A stretch of DNA of 64,000 nt, taken from positions 1 to 64,000 of the IMG/VR virus record IMGVR_UViG_3300047478_000138, one strand, 5' to 3'. This document shows positions 18,995 through 29,521 of the stretch, in pieces. Below the pieces are notes generated by a model that saw only the letters and a program-made list of their open reading frames with translations, searched no databases and was not told the DNA's origin. Each line of letters starts with the position of its first letter. The first letter of the stretch is position 1. The stretch comes from a virus. The position numbers and the translations under genes were made by a program.

Positions 18995-20722
18995 ATGGCT
19001 AAGTATCAAGTAGACTTCTCTGGAGCTAGAAATATAATTGATCCACTAGAAGGTGTAAGAAACTCACTACAGCAAACTAGTACTACACTAGGTCAAATGA
19101 TTGGTCAAGATGAACAACGTGCAGAGAGATTGCGTGATGAAGCATATAGACGAGATGCACTAGCACTACAACAAACTGCTGCTAAAAGAGATGCTGATAA
19201 ATACAATCAAGAGTTAGCTGATAGAACATTTGCACAAAAGACATTTGCTGCATACAATCAAACTCCAACAAGAGATTATTCAGCATTGCCTACACAATTA
19301 ACTGACACAGAAAAAGGTAAATCAGTAATTAATGATATGTCACTAACATCTGAAGAATTGGCTAATCCAACAATGCCATCTGCAATTGCAAAGATGAAAA
19401 ATCAACAGATACTGTCGGACGTACACGACAAATCTGGGCAAACATTACTTGAATCAGAAAGGTTCAAAGCTGCAATGGCTTCTACTGCTAAAGGTGCTGA
19501 TGGAATGATACCATTAAGTATGCAAGAGAAGTTGCTTGGAATGGAGTCTGCAGAACGATCTGCAATGACTGCTAAAAGTGAACGTGCTCAAAAAGCTGCT
19601 GAATTGCTGTCTAAAGATAGAAGTGAACTGCAAAGAGCTGGATTAAAGGATGCTACAACATTGGCTGCAGCTGAGATTAGAGCTGCTGAAGGAAAAGGTA
19701 GTGGTAATAAAAAGGATAAAAAAGATGATACTCCTAAATGGAAGGACTATGAAACACTTAAAGAAGGGTTAAATAGCAAATATAGTTTCTGGAAATTTGG
19801 GGATGCAGAAAATGTAGCAGCTGTAACTTCCGCAGCAGCTGCTGCAAAAATGAGTCCTGATGAGTTATATGGAATAGTTAGTGGGTTAGAAGAAAGAGGA
19901 TTAGATAATACATTTAATAGAGATAAAGTGCTTACTACAATAGCTGCTAAAAAACCTGTATTGACAGGATCTGAGGGCACAGGATCTACTACAAAAACTC
20001 CTGGAAAGTTTGCTTCACTAAACCCAATGGCTGGGTATGATGAATTGCTGAAACAGAAAGATGCTGCGTATAGACAAGCAGTGGCAAATACAGCTAATAC
20101 ACCCCTAACACAAGCAGATGTACTTGCTGCAAGAAGTGCCAAAGGAGCAACACAGTTAGACGAGTTGATTGCTAAACTGGGAAGAACTGCTGGCAAAGCT
20201 GAAGTTCAACCGGAAGTTAAGAATACTGCTGTGATGCCTTCACCAGAGGTTAAAAAAGAGGAATCTAATACTGCCAAAAATGAAACTGCAGGCACTAAAA
20301 AAGAGGTTAATATTAAGGAATTATTCGCAACTGTACCTGATAAAAAAGAAGCTGATAATAAAACAAAGACATTAATAGATGTATTAGGAATACCTCAGAC
20401 TAATGTGCCTACGGGTCAAACTAGTAATGAATCGGCACAAACTCCATTAGTTAATCCGAGTTGGTCAGAGAAATCAGCTATGGCTAAACAAATAATGGAA
20501 GATCAGAACCTGTCGTGGGAAAAATCATGGGCACAAGTTGAACAAAAAGTACGAGATGCACAAGTAGTTACTGGAGTATCTGCTGCGGCTAAAGAATTAG
20601 CCCAAAAAGAAGGAATACCATATGAACTAGCTGTGCAGAAACTTGCTGATTTGACAAATATGAGAAATCCAAGCACTACACTACAAACTACTGCAAGCCC
20701 AATAATGAGACAAGGTAGATAA
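18995..20722 (+). CDS. Ejection/internal virion protein (N4 gp51-like)
   Basis: Start at MAKYQVDF after an AAGGA RBS; Ala/Lys/Gln-rich, no cysteine; directly upstream of vRNAP. Confidence 0.6.
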   Translation: MAKYQVDFSGARNIIDPLEGVRNSLQQTSTTLGQMIGQDEQRAERLRDEAYRRDALALQQTAAKRDADKYNQELADRTFAQKTFAAYNQTPTRDYSALPTQLTDTEKGKSVINDMSLTSEELANPTMPSAIAKMKNQQILSDVHDKSGQTLLESERFKAAMASTAKGADGMIPLSMQEKLLGMESAERSAMTAKSERAQKAAELLSKDRSELQRAGLKDATTLAAAEIRAAEGKGSGNKKDKKDDTPKWKDYETLKEGLNSKYSFWKFGDAENVAAVTSAAAAAKMSPDELYGIVSGLEERGLDNTFNRDKVLTTIAAKKPVLTGSEGTGSTTKTPGKFASLNPMAGYDELLKQKDAAYRQAVANTANTPLTQADVLAARSAKGATQLDELIAKLGRTAGKAEVQPEVKNTAVMPSPEVKKEESNTAKNETAGTKKEVNIKELFATVPDKKEADNKTKTLIDVLGIPQTNVPTGQTSNESAQTPLVNPSWSEKSAMAKQIMEDQNLSWEKSWAQVEQKVRDAQVVTGVSAAAKELAQKEGIPYELAVQKLADLTNMRNPSTTLQTTASPIMRQGR

Positions 20723-20738
20723 ATACAGCAAACAAATA

Positions 20739-20760
20739 TTAAGCCAAACACTGCTATAAT
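20739..20760 (+). promoter_or_regulatory. Promoter upstream of vRNAP
   Basis: TTAAG-ccaaacactgc-TATAAT. Confidence 0.65.
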
Positions 20761-20790
20761 GAGTAAAATATAGCAGTATAAGGTAATATA

Positions 20791-23700
20791 ATGAGCATAG
20801 ATAACTACTTAATAGACTTAGCTAAAAGTACAGCAACTGATGTGAGTACTGACTTAGCATCCGCACTAACCCCTAAAATAGAGCCAGTTGAAGAATCTGC
20901 ATTCAGTAAAGTTGGTTTGCTACAAGGAAGAACTCAACAAAAACTTGCAAACTTAAGTAGTAAAAGTACATTAGTAGATCCGCTAAAATACAATCCTGTA
21001 CAAACAAGCGTACAATCAATGACTGTTACAGATGCAGATACGGTAAACCTTAGTGGCACAGGTGCAATGCGTGTACTAAATGCAAATGCATACGAGACAA
21101 CTAAACAAGATAAATGGTTCGAAGAGCCACGTAATGTGCTACGTATGGAAAAACAACGAAATGAGTTGGCAGGTGAGTTGGGTGTTCCTGCGGCACAAGT
21201 AACAAATGATATGGTGTTCAAAGTTGGTGAACAACAAAAACAAAATGTACAAAATACTATGCAAGGCACGGTAAGAGATAGTGAGGGAAAATTGCTACCA
21301 TCACTAGTAAGTGCTGATGTAGCAACTAATAGAACTGGATTAGTAGAACCAACAAATAATTATGGTAGGGACTTGGGAGCTGTAACAAAACTTGGTGGAA
21401 TGTATAGTACAATAGATGCTGCTGGAAATATAACAGGTGAAAATAATGGTGTAGTAAAATTAGGAGATACTCCAAATAAAATGAATATTGACACAGCACT
21501 TATAAACTTAAGAAATGCTCTACGTACAAGAGAGTCAAGTGATGACTATAGTTCAGTAAATAAACTGGGTTATACAGGAGCATACCAATTCGGTGCTGCT
21601 AGATTAGCAGACTTAGGAATGGTGAAACCTGGCACTACAAATAAACAATTAAATGAACCTTCCGCATGGACTGGTAAGTATGGTGTTGCAAATAAAGAAC
21701 AATTCCTGCAAAACCCAGAAGTACAAGATGCTGTAATGAATGAACATCTAAAAGATTATGCTAAAAAATTGTCCCCAGAAGCTACAAGTATGGAAGATCT
21801 AACAGGCAAGATAGCTGCTGCACACTTGCTTGGAGTAGAAGGTGCAAAAGACTTAAATGCAATGGATGCTAATAAGACAACTGGTAAAGAATACTATGAG
21901 TTAGGAAAATTAGCAGGTATGAGTATTGAAGATAGACTGCGTGCTGAGACTAATAAAAAGCATGCGGGTAGTGCAAGTGAATATGTAGACAGAGTACAAG
22001 GTTCATTAGCAAAAGTAGGTGCTGATGCTGCTAATATGATTGAGAAGTTGGTAGGAAAAGAAAATATAGATAAATATAACACATTTGCAAGTGATGTTGA
22101 GAAGTACTTTGGCGGAGATGGAGATGTTGGGTATATAATAGGTGCAAAAGGTGAGATTAAAGGCACTGATAAAAATATACAAGACTTCAGAAACAGAGAA
22201 GTTGCTGCTATAGAAATGGGGGTTACACAAGAGACCCTAGACAAGCATAATGCAGCTATGACAAGTGGGTTAAAAGATTGGGAAAAAGCTGAAAGTGTAA
22301 CAGATTATATAAAAGTAATGGCTAGAATGGTTCCAGAGGTTCCAGGAATACTTGCAGATAGTGCTGGTGAGATGGCTGGATTAATGATTCCAGGAGGAAT
22401 TGGGTTAGTTGCTGCAACAAGAACATCAAATTATGCTGAAGAGTTCAAAAAGAATAATGATAGAGACATGACTCCAGGAGAACTGGCTAGAACATTCTTC
22501 GGTGAATTGGCTGTACTCGCACCAGAAAAAGTGCTTATAAAGACTGGGGTTGCTGGAGTATTCGGTAACTTATCAAAAGGTGGTAGAGCGACTAAGATTG
22601 CAACTGCTGCAGGTGGAGAGGGATTACAAGAACTTGCTGAAGGCACTACTGAGAAGTATGCTACTCAAAAAGTTGGTGATAAAACACTACTTGAAATAGC
22701 AACAGATCCAGAACAAACCTTCGGAGCTGCATTGGGAGTAATAAGTGGTGGAGGACTAGCTAGTACTGGTATAGTGAAAGATGTGGTATCTGCAGTACCT
22801 GGCACAGTTAAAAAAGGCATAGGATTAGCAACTGAAATACCGCTGCAAAAAGATACATTAGCAAACACAAGTGAAGATATAGAAGAGCCAATTGACTTGA
22901 AAGCAAAAATGTCAAACATAATGAGTAGAGTAGCTGAAAATGGTGTGATAAGCACAGCAGACATGACATCAATTAAAAAGATGGAAGAGCAATTAATATC
23001 TACACCAGAAGAGGCACAAGAGCAAAAATTAGCTACAATTAATAGCTTAAAAGATAAATACAAAGCTCAATTGCTAGACCCAGAAAATGATACAGTAGTG
23101 CTAAAGTCAAAACGTGACTTGATGTATGCAATGCAAGACATTGGTGAAGTAGATGATGCTGTAGATGAAGTGCTATATGCTAAAGCAGTAAAAGCAGGAA
23201 TAGTTAAAGATAAAGAAGAGTACATAAAAGTCAAAAAAGACTTTGCAGTAGTTGATGCAGAAGCTAAAAGTGGACGAATTGGGTACCTAACATTAACCCG
23301 AGACTTAGAAAATTTGCTTGATGCAAGTTCACCAAATACTGGTAAAGTAGACAAGTTAGTAAAACGATTAATAAACTACGAGAAAACTCAGCAAGATTAC
23401 TTAAATAAAGGCACTGAGCTATACAACAGAGTGCAAAAAGAGATTGAAGCATACAATGCACCTAATGAAACAAATCTGCCAAGAAAAACTCCTAAAAGTG
23501 CTTCATCAGTAGAGATGGATAATGGATACAAATTCACTGTATATACAGAACTAGATGCTAATGGTAAAGTGCAGATAAAATCAAATAAAGCACTGCAAGA
23601 TATACTAGAAGCTAAAAGATTAAACATAGTTGGAATCAAAGAAGGATTACAGAGTGTAGCAGGTAAATTAGATAGTATAGGGCTTAGTGCAGCTGATACA

Positions 23701-26700
23701 GGAGTTACCAATAAACCAATAATAAATGCTAAAGGCAACAAATGGTTAGACGCATTTGCTAAAGACTTAAAAGGCTCAGAAAGTACTCCAGAAGCAACTC
23801 ATATATACGCGATTGGCTCAGGTAAGCGTGCAACAGCAATTAAAGAAAGTAACCTAAGCGGAACAAACTTGACTGACTACACAAAAGATAGTGTAGTATA
23901 CATGACAATGGATAAAGCAACAACACAAGATGATGTTGATAAACTAAGAAAAGAGTTGTCAAATAAAAAGAGCGATTTACATAAAGCAATAGAAGCCGCA
24001 AAAGAAGCTGGTGCGACAATACGATTAGATGCTACACTAAGACCTAAATCAAAAGATAAGGCAGGCAATGCCGTTAAAGATCCACATGCACTAGAAGCAC
24101 TAAGATTACTGCAAGAAGCATTAACAAACTACGGTAATGAATACAGATCAGTACCAAGTGAAACAAGTAACTTCTCGTTCACATTCAAGCCTAAAGCTGA
24201 AGCAGAGACCCTAAAAGAATCTGCTAAAAAGGTGAAAGAAGCAAAAGAAGCTGTAACTAAGAAAGTTGATGTGGAAGGATACAAAGAATACAGAAACCTT
24301 GATAGTGTAAAAGCACAAGAAGCTTATGCAAAAAACTTATGGAATTCAGATGAAGCCATACAAGCTCAATACAAAAGTACTGATACTAAAGAAGGATGGG
24401 AGAAATTACTAAATAGATTCCATACAATTAGTGCAAATAGTGTGAAAGAAATATCTGCTGAATTAAGTAAAGCAAATGACTTAGAAAAACAGATTAAAGA
24501 TACCACTGGATTGACTGGAGTTGATAAAACTCAAGCAGTTATGTTCAATGAAGATATAGAAAATCAAATAGCTGAATTAAAAGCTACTATAGATAAAAAG
24601 TATGCTAAAAAGGACTATGTAATTGCTGAAACTAATGCAAAAGAAACATCAAAACACTTAGAGTCAATTGGTGACATAATCCAAGAGATAAAAGAGATTG
24701 CACAAAATACAAACTTAGATGAAGAAGCTAAAGCTGCTGCAATACAAGAATTGCTAAAAGATGTTGATGGAGATGTGGCTAAAACAATACTAGACACAAG
24801 TATATCAAAAGGTAAGAAAACAGATACATACAAAAATTACATAGTACCCTTGGATATAAACAACATAGTAAAAGTTGGTAAAAATACTGTGCTAAGTGTG
24901 GCTCCAGTGGAATACTTGTTCAAAAAATTAGCAAATCATCCAGAAATGAGTAGTGTAAGATACATAGATGATATGAAAAAAGCATTCGAGAAACTGTTCG
25001 TAGTGAATGCTGATAAACCATACGTTAAAGGTGAAGGTGGCACATTAGAATTGCAACTAAGAACAGAATCTGCTGTAGGGTTATTCTACAATAAAGCTGG
25101 TGAGTTAAATGATACTATGCTGATGGCTGGACAACTTGCGTTAGATGAGTATATGGCTAATAATGGTGAAATGCTAAATCCCGCATATAAAAGTAGAGAA
25201 AACATAGCACAAATGCTTGGTGTTATAGAGTCACAGTTAGGAAAAAATCAAGAAAAACTGCTCCGAGACAAAGGTATGTTCTATAAAACAGCGGCTAATA
25301 AAGTCGGTAAAGCAGCACTACAAAAGATGGGATATGTGCTTAAAAAAGAGGCTACTGATGTAGAACGCGAGGCATATGATAGATTAGCTGCTGATGTAGG
25401 CAATAGAATACTATTGGCTGGTGTTGCTAATGGAATACTTGAAAGAGATTCAATTTCCTCAAATGAATATGGTGAAGCAATTGCTAAAGATTCACAAAAA
25501 TCGACAGCAAAAAGATCTGAGTTCGTTGATTCAGATGCTGACATAGCATTCATTAAATTCACTAAAAAGTTTATTGCAAAGAACAAAGATGAGGTTAGTA
25601 AAAGAAATGTGAGAGCTGATGTGTACAGAGAAATACACTCATTAATTGGGGATGAAAATTCATTCAGAAAAATGCCTAGCGAGAATCCAATTAAAACTCC
25701 AAGATATAAGAAAGAGCAAGTTGCTAAAGACATTGCCGGAATGCAAATACCTGGAATGGTAAATACAGATAAAGATAAAAAGACTCCGGCACAATTCATG
25801 GAACACTTAGTAGGTATTAAATGGGAAGTAAATAATGCATTGATAGCTAAAATGCTAAAAGATGTGAACATAGATGTACTAAAAATGCACTTAGGTTATG
25901 CATCAGCTGAAGACTTAAATAACATGAGCTTCGATAGTAAAGAATCTGCAGAAGCTAAGAATATGGACATAGAGAAAAGTATAGAAGAGTTAAAAATGTT
26001 CGTGGATGAAAAAGGTCAAATGAATGCAGAATTGTACTTCGACTGGTTCTACTCAAGTAATGGTAGATATATGATGGATAGTAATACATTAAATCCACAA
26101 ACTGATAAGTTACATAGATTCCTAATACAACCAGCAGAGCATAAATTGAAATACACTGTAAAGGATGGTAAGTTCACTAAAAAGTCAATGGAATCATTGG
26201 TCAACTATGCGATAGCACAAGCATTTGGATTTAAAGTAGATAAAAAGTCTACGGTTAAAATAATGAAAGCTGGTGAATTGCTAAGAAAAGCTGATCCTAA
26301 AGCATTAAGTGAAGTGTTATTCGGAAGTAAAGGTAAAAATGGTGTTAAAGATGTGCATACACACTTCAAACTAACAGAGGATGGTACAATAATACTACCA
26401 ACTACAGAAGGATACAAAGAGAATCCTGCAATGGAGTTCGAACCAGATCACATATCACATACGCTACAAGCAATTGACATGCTTGAAAAGATTAAAAAAG
26501 GCGGAACATTCACATCATCCCTAACAGCAGAGTTCGATGCGTTAACAAGTGGATTCGGATTAAAATTACTACAAATACCAATCATAGGTAATGAATTGGT
26601 TGGGTTGTGGGATTGGCTAAATAAAGTGGGTGTACTAGAAAAAGGTAAAGCAACTGCAAATAGCATGAATGACATACTGGACGGTTCAGGACAAAAGTTC

Positions 26701-28284
26701 TACGATAGTTACCAAACATTGGCTAAAGAAGTTGCGGTAACTGAAGAAAGTGTACAAGAAGCAATAGCGAATAAAGGCAAAAACTACAAAAAACTAAGTG
26801 CAAATGTAGTAAATAGCTTGTGGAATGATGCTGGATTAGGTGCGCTTATGCCAAAAGTTAGTGATGATGGCACGGTAACATCTGCACTACGTTCATTGTT
26901 CAAAGACCCGTTTATGACATTCAACTACAGTGCTGGAATAGCATCAATTAAACGTAGCTTGGCTGGTGTACTAACAAGTGGGTTAATAGATAGAATAGTT
27001 GCCGGAGAAAAAGGTACAGAACAACCTGTTAAAGCATTGATGGGATTGATAACTGCTGATAAAAATAATTCATACAAAGTACCTAAAACAATTGAAGAAT
27101 TCCAACAATTGCTAAAAGAGGTTCCATTAGATAGAATCAAAGTGAAATCCAAGAATTTGCATACATTAGAAGAGTACTTGAATGAAGTAATGGACTTAAC
27201 TTACGGACACTCAGTTGAGACAATAATGAAAGAACACTTCCAAGAATTTATGGATGTGCATGATACAGTTAATAGTGCATTCAAAATCATGTTCACTGCT
27301 TGGAAACAAGAGTATGATAAAGAAGTAAAACAAGTGCCAATAGGTAAGTTAAATGATGATAAAGTAAAAGAGATACTGGACAGATTAAAAGATAAGTTCC
27401 CATTAATAAAAAGTCCATTGTCAGACGAGTTGAATGAAGGTGTTGCAATATACAAAAGCTCAAGCTTAACACCAAGTGACGAAGAAGTCAGATACATGCC
27501 TTCAAGAGCTACTACAGATGCTACAGCAATGAAAAGCATTGGAGTAAAAAATAAAGAGACTGGTGAAGGAGTAGCTTCAGTTAAAGTGCGTCACATGATT
27601 AGAACATTCGAAGCAGCGATAAGTTCAGGTTCAGTTGTGCCAATACACTATATAGACGGTGCGTTGATGGCTCAATTAAATGGTGAAGCAGTAACAGCAA
27701 TACATGATGCGATTATGCCTCCACTGAACAAGTCACTAGAAACAATTAAAAAGTACAATCAAGCAATGTTTGATATATCGAAGTCGTATAGTTGGATAAA
27801 AGAAATCAATGAAATGCTCAAACGATTGGATGTAAACACATTGGATAATACTGTAAAAGTAGAGGTTAAAGAGAAAGCAGATGGTAAAACAACTTATCTA
27901 GAGAAAGGGTTAAAAGATGCTGTTGAAGAGATGCAGAGTAAATTAGAAGCATTGACTGAGAGAGTAACAACTGCTAGAGAAGATGTGTTTGCTCAAATAG
28001 GCGCAATAGGACATATGGTGGGATTACCTGGCAGTATGTGGACAGCTGAGGGAGTTAAGTTAGTTAAAGTAGTAAATAAGCAAGAAACTAGTACAATTGA
28101 TGAAGAGAAAGTTATACTTGCTGTGTCAATAATAGCTAAAGAATGGCTTAGTAAGAATGATTCAAGATTAAGTGCTCCTGTAAAAAATAAAATTAAAACA
28201 ATAATTACAGAGGCATATGGTAAAGCAGATGGGAAACAAGCACATACTAAGCTTGCTACATTAATAGAAGAAACTTGTAAATAA
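20791..28284 (+). CDS. Virion-encapsidated RNA polymerase, segment 1 (SNase-like + lysozyme-like + T7/N4-type RNAP core)
   Basis: SSNGRYMM, NPQTDKLHR, motif A EFDALTSG, motif B RSLFKDPFMTFNY, PIHYIDG and motif C IHDAI; 2497 aa; single Cys at the penultimate residue. Confidence 0.88.
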   Translation: MSIDNYLIDLAKSTATDVSTDLASALTPKIEPVEESAFSKVGLLQGRTQQKLANLSSKSTLVDPLKYNPVQTSVQSMTVTDADTVNLSGTGAMRVLNANAYETTKQDKWFEEPRNVLRMEKQRNELAGELGVPAAQVTNDMVFKVGEQQKQNVQNTMQGTVRDSEGKLLPSLVSADVATNRTGLVEPTNNYGRDLGAVTKLGGMYSTIDAAGNITGENNGVVKLGDTPNKMNIDTALINLRNALRTRESSDDYSSVNKLGYTGAYQFGAARLADLGMVKPGTTNKQLNEPSAWTGKYGVANKEQFLQNPEVQDAVMNEHLKDYAKKLSPEATSMEDLTGKIAAAHLLGVEGAKDLNAMDANKTTGKEYYELGKLAGMSIEDRLRAETNKKHAGSASEYVDRVQGSLAKVGADAANMIEKLVGKENIDKYNTFASDVEKYFGGDGDVGYIIGAKGEIKGTDKNIQDFRNREVAAIEMGVTQETLDKHNAAMTSGLKDWEKAESVTDYIKVMARMVPEVPGILADSAGEMAGLMIPGGIGLVAATRTSNYAEEFKKNNDRDMTPGELARTFFGELAVLAPEKVLIKTGVAGVFGNLSKGGRATKIATAAGGEGLQELAEGTTEKYATQKVGDKTLLEIATDPEQTFGAALGVISGGGLASTGIVKDVVSAVPGTVKKGIGLATEIPLQKDTLANTSEDIEEPIDLKAKMSNIMSRVAENGVISTADMTSIKKMEEQLISTPEEAQEQKLATINSLKDKYKAQLLDPENDTVVLKSKRDLMYAMQDIGEVDDAVDEVLYAKAVKAGIVKDKEEYIKVKKDFAVVDAEAKSGRIGYLTLTRDLENLLDASSPNTGKVDKLVKRLINYEKTQQDYLNKGTELYNRVQKEIEAYNAPNETNLPRKTPKSASSVEMDNGYKFTVYTELDANGKVQIKSNKALQDILEAKRLNIVGIKEGLQSVAGKLDSIGLSAADTGVTNKPIINAKGNKWLDAFAKDLKGSESTPEATHIYAIGSGKRATAIKESNLSGTNLTDYTKDSVVYMTMDKATTQDDVDKLRKELSNKKSDLHKAIEAAKEAGATIRLDATLRPKSKDKAGNAVKDPHALEALRLLQEALTNYGNEYRSVPSETSNFSFTFKPKAEAETLKESAKKVKEAKEAVTKKVDVEGYKEYRNLDSVKAQEAYAKNLWNSDEAIQAQYKSTDTKEGWEKLLNRFHTISANSVKEISAELSKANDLEKQIKDTTGLTGVDKTQAVMFNEDIENQIAELKATIDKKYAKKDYVIAETNAKETSKHLESIGDIIQEIKEIAQNTNLDEEAKAAAIQELLKDVDGDVAKTILDTSISKGKKTDTYKNYIVPLDINNIVKVGKNTVLSVAPVEYLFKKLANHPEMSSVRYIDDMKKAFEKLFVVNADKPYVKGEGGTLELQLRTESAVGLFYNKAGELNDTMLMAGQLALDEYMANNGEMLNPAYKSRENIAQMLGVIESQLGKNQEKLLRDKGMFYKTAANKVGKAALQKMGYVLKKEATDVEREAYDRLAADVGNRILLAGVANGILERDSISSNEYGEAIAKDSQKSTAKRSEFVDSDADIAFIKFTKKFIAKNKDEVSKRNVRADVYREIHSLIGDENSFRKMPSENPIKTPRYKKEQVAKDIAGMQIPGMVNTDKDKKTPAQFMEHLVGIKWEVNNALIAKMLKDVNIDVLKMHLGYASAEDLNNMSFDSKESAEAKNMDIEKSIEELKMFVDEKGQMNAELYFDWFYSSNGRYMMDSNTLNPQTDKLHRFLIQPAEHKLKYTVKDGKFTKKSMESLVNYAIAQAFGFKVDKKSTVKIMKAGELLRKADPKALSEVLFGSKGKNGVKDVHTHFKLTEDGTIILPTTEGYKENPAMEFEPDHISHTLQAIDMLEKIKKGGTFTSSLTAEFDALTSGFGLKLLQIPIIGNELVGLWDWLNKVGVLEKGKATANSMNDILDGSGQKFYDSYQTLAKEVAVTEESVQEAIANKGKNYKKLSANVVNSLWNDAGLGALMPKVSDDGTVTSALRSLFKDPFMTFNYSAGIASIKRSLAGVLTSGLIDRIVAGEKGTEQPVKALMGLITADKNNSYKVPKTIEEFQQLLKEVPLDRIKVKSKNLHTLEEYLNEVMDLTYGHSVETIMKEHFQEFMDVHDTVNSAFKIMFTAWKQEYDKEVKQVPIGKLNDDKVKEILDRLKDKFPLIKSPLSDELNEGVAIYKSSSLTPSDEEVRYMPSRATTDATAMKSIGVKNKETGEGVASVKVRHMIRTFEAAISSGSVVPIHYIDGALMAQLNGEAVTAIHDAIMPPLNKSLETIKKYNQAMFDISKSYSWIKEINEMLKRLDVNTLDNTVKVEVKEKADGKTTYLEKGLKDAVEEMQSKLEALTERVTTAREDVFAQIGAIGHMVGLPGSMWTAEGVKLVKVVNKQETSTIDEEKVILAVSIIAKEWLSKNDSRLSAPVKNKIKTIITEAYGKADGKQAHTKLATLIEETCK

Positions 28285-28294
28285 GGATGTGTAA

Positions 28295-29521
28295 ATGGGA
28301 TGCATAATTGACGAACTTAAAGAATTGATTGAAGAAGGTACAAAAGAAGTACTGAATAAAACTGCAAAGACTCAAATAGAGAGCTTTATAAAAGCATTAG
28401 AGGCTGCTAAACCTAAGATTGATCCAGAAACTCTACAACTTAATATGGATTATGATGATAGTAAGATAGAAGAAGCTAGAGTAGTTAACTCTAATAGAAC
28501 AGCTCAAATGAATGCTCGAAACGAAAGAATTGAAGAGTCAAAAGATAGTTTAGGTTGGAGTAAATATAAAGAAAAATTAGAATCTGTAAATGGAAAATAT
28601 AACAATTACTACGGAGCAATGGAAAAAGTAATAATAGATTTAGTAAATCCAAAAGTAATACCTAATGTAGTTGGGTTAATGCTAGAAGAAGTATTTAATG
28701 GTAAATTTGATGTAATAGTAGCTGGAGATTATGATCCAGATACACATACTGTGCAAATAGCTGGAAAACCTAGTCAGTTAGAAGTAGAATTTGCTGTAAA
28801 GGAAGGGTTAGAAACTGTTGGATTAGAGTTATTTGAAATGACAGAGGATAACTTAGACCACTTACATCCATTACTAAAAGAATTTGTTGATATAAATACT
28901 GCTAAAGTACTCACTAAAATAGTGGCTGATATAGAGTCAATTAATGGAGGACATACAGTAACTCATGAAATGATTCATGCTGGTGCATTAAGCTTCATGA
29001 GAAATAACCCAGAACATGAAGCAACTATACGAATAAATGAACTATATAAAGAAGCTATGGATAATGCAGATAACATACGAAGTATGGTTCGTGAAAATGG
29101 GGTGTATAGTACATACTGGCAAAAGAATGTAGAAGAATTTCTAGCAGAAGCACTAAGCAATCCAGGATTAATGTATGCCCTAAGTAACATTAAAACAGTA
29201 GGTAAAGAAAAGCTTAGTAAAGGTTTGCTACATGAATTAGTAAAAACATTAATAGAAATGCTTGGCTTAAATAAAAAAACTGAGGATAACTTGTTAGAAT
29301 TTACAATGGATGGATTTGCAGCAATAATGGAAGCTCAAGCTGTAAAAGCAAGTGTACCAGTAGATAAAGAATTGCGCCAATTGGTAAAATCTAGACATGA
29401 GGTACAAAACACTAAAGAATCACTTATAGTTACTAAAGCTGAGAAAGAGGTTAAAGCTGGTACAATGTCAGTAGAAGATATAAAAAAACTAGCTATGGAA
29501 GTGGCTAAGGAGTGTAAGTAA
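28295..29521 (+). CDS. vRNAP-locus segment 2: zincin-like metallopeptidase module
   Basis: HEMIH...EEFLAEALSNP; begins MGC and ends CK. Confidence 0.7.
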   Translation: MGCIIDELKELIEEGTKEVLNKTAKTQIESFIKALEAAKPKIDPETLQLNMDYDDSKIEEARVVNSNRTAQMNARNERIEESKDSLGWSKYKEKLESVNGKYNNYYGAMEKVIIDLVNPKVIPNVVGLMLEEVFNGKFDVIVAGDYDPDTHTVQIAGKPSQLEVEFAVKEGLETVGLELFEMTEDNLDHLHPLLKEFVDINTAKVLTKIVADIESINGGHTVTHEMIHAGALSFMRNNPEHEATIRINELYKEAMDNADNIRSMVRENGVYSTYWQKNVEEFLAEALSNPGLMYALSNIKTVGKEKLSKGLLHELVKTLIEMLGLNKKTEDNLLEFTMDGFAAIMEAQAVKASVPVDKELRQLVKSRHEVQNTKESLIVTKAEKEVKAGTMSVEDIKKLAMEVAKECK

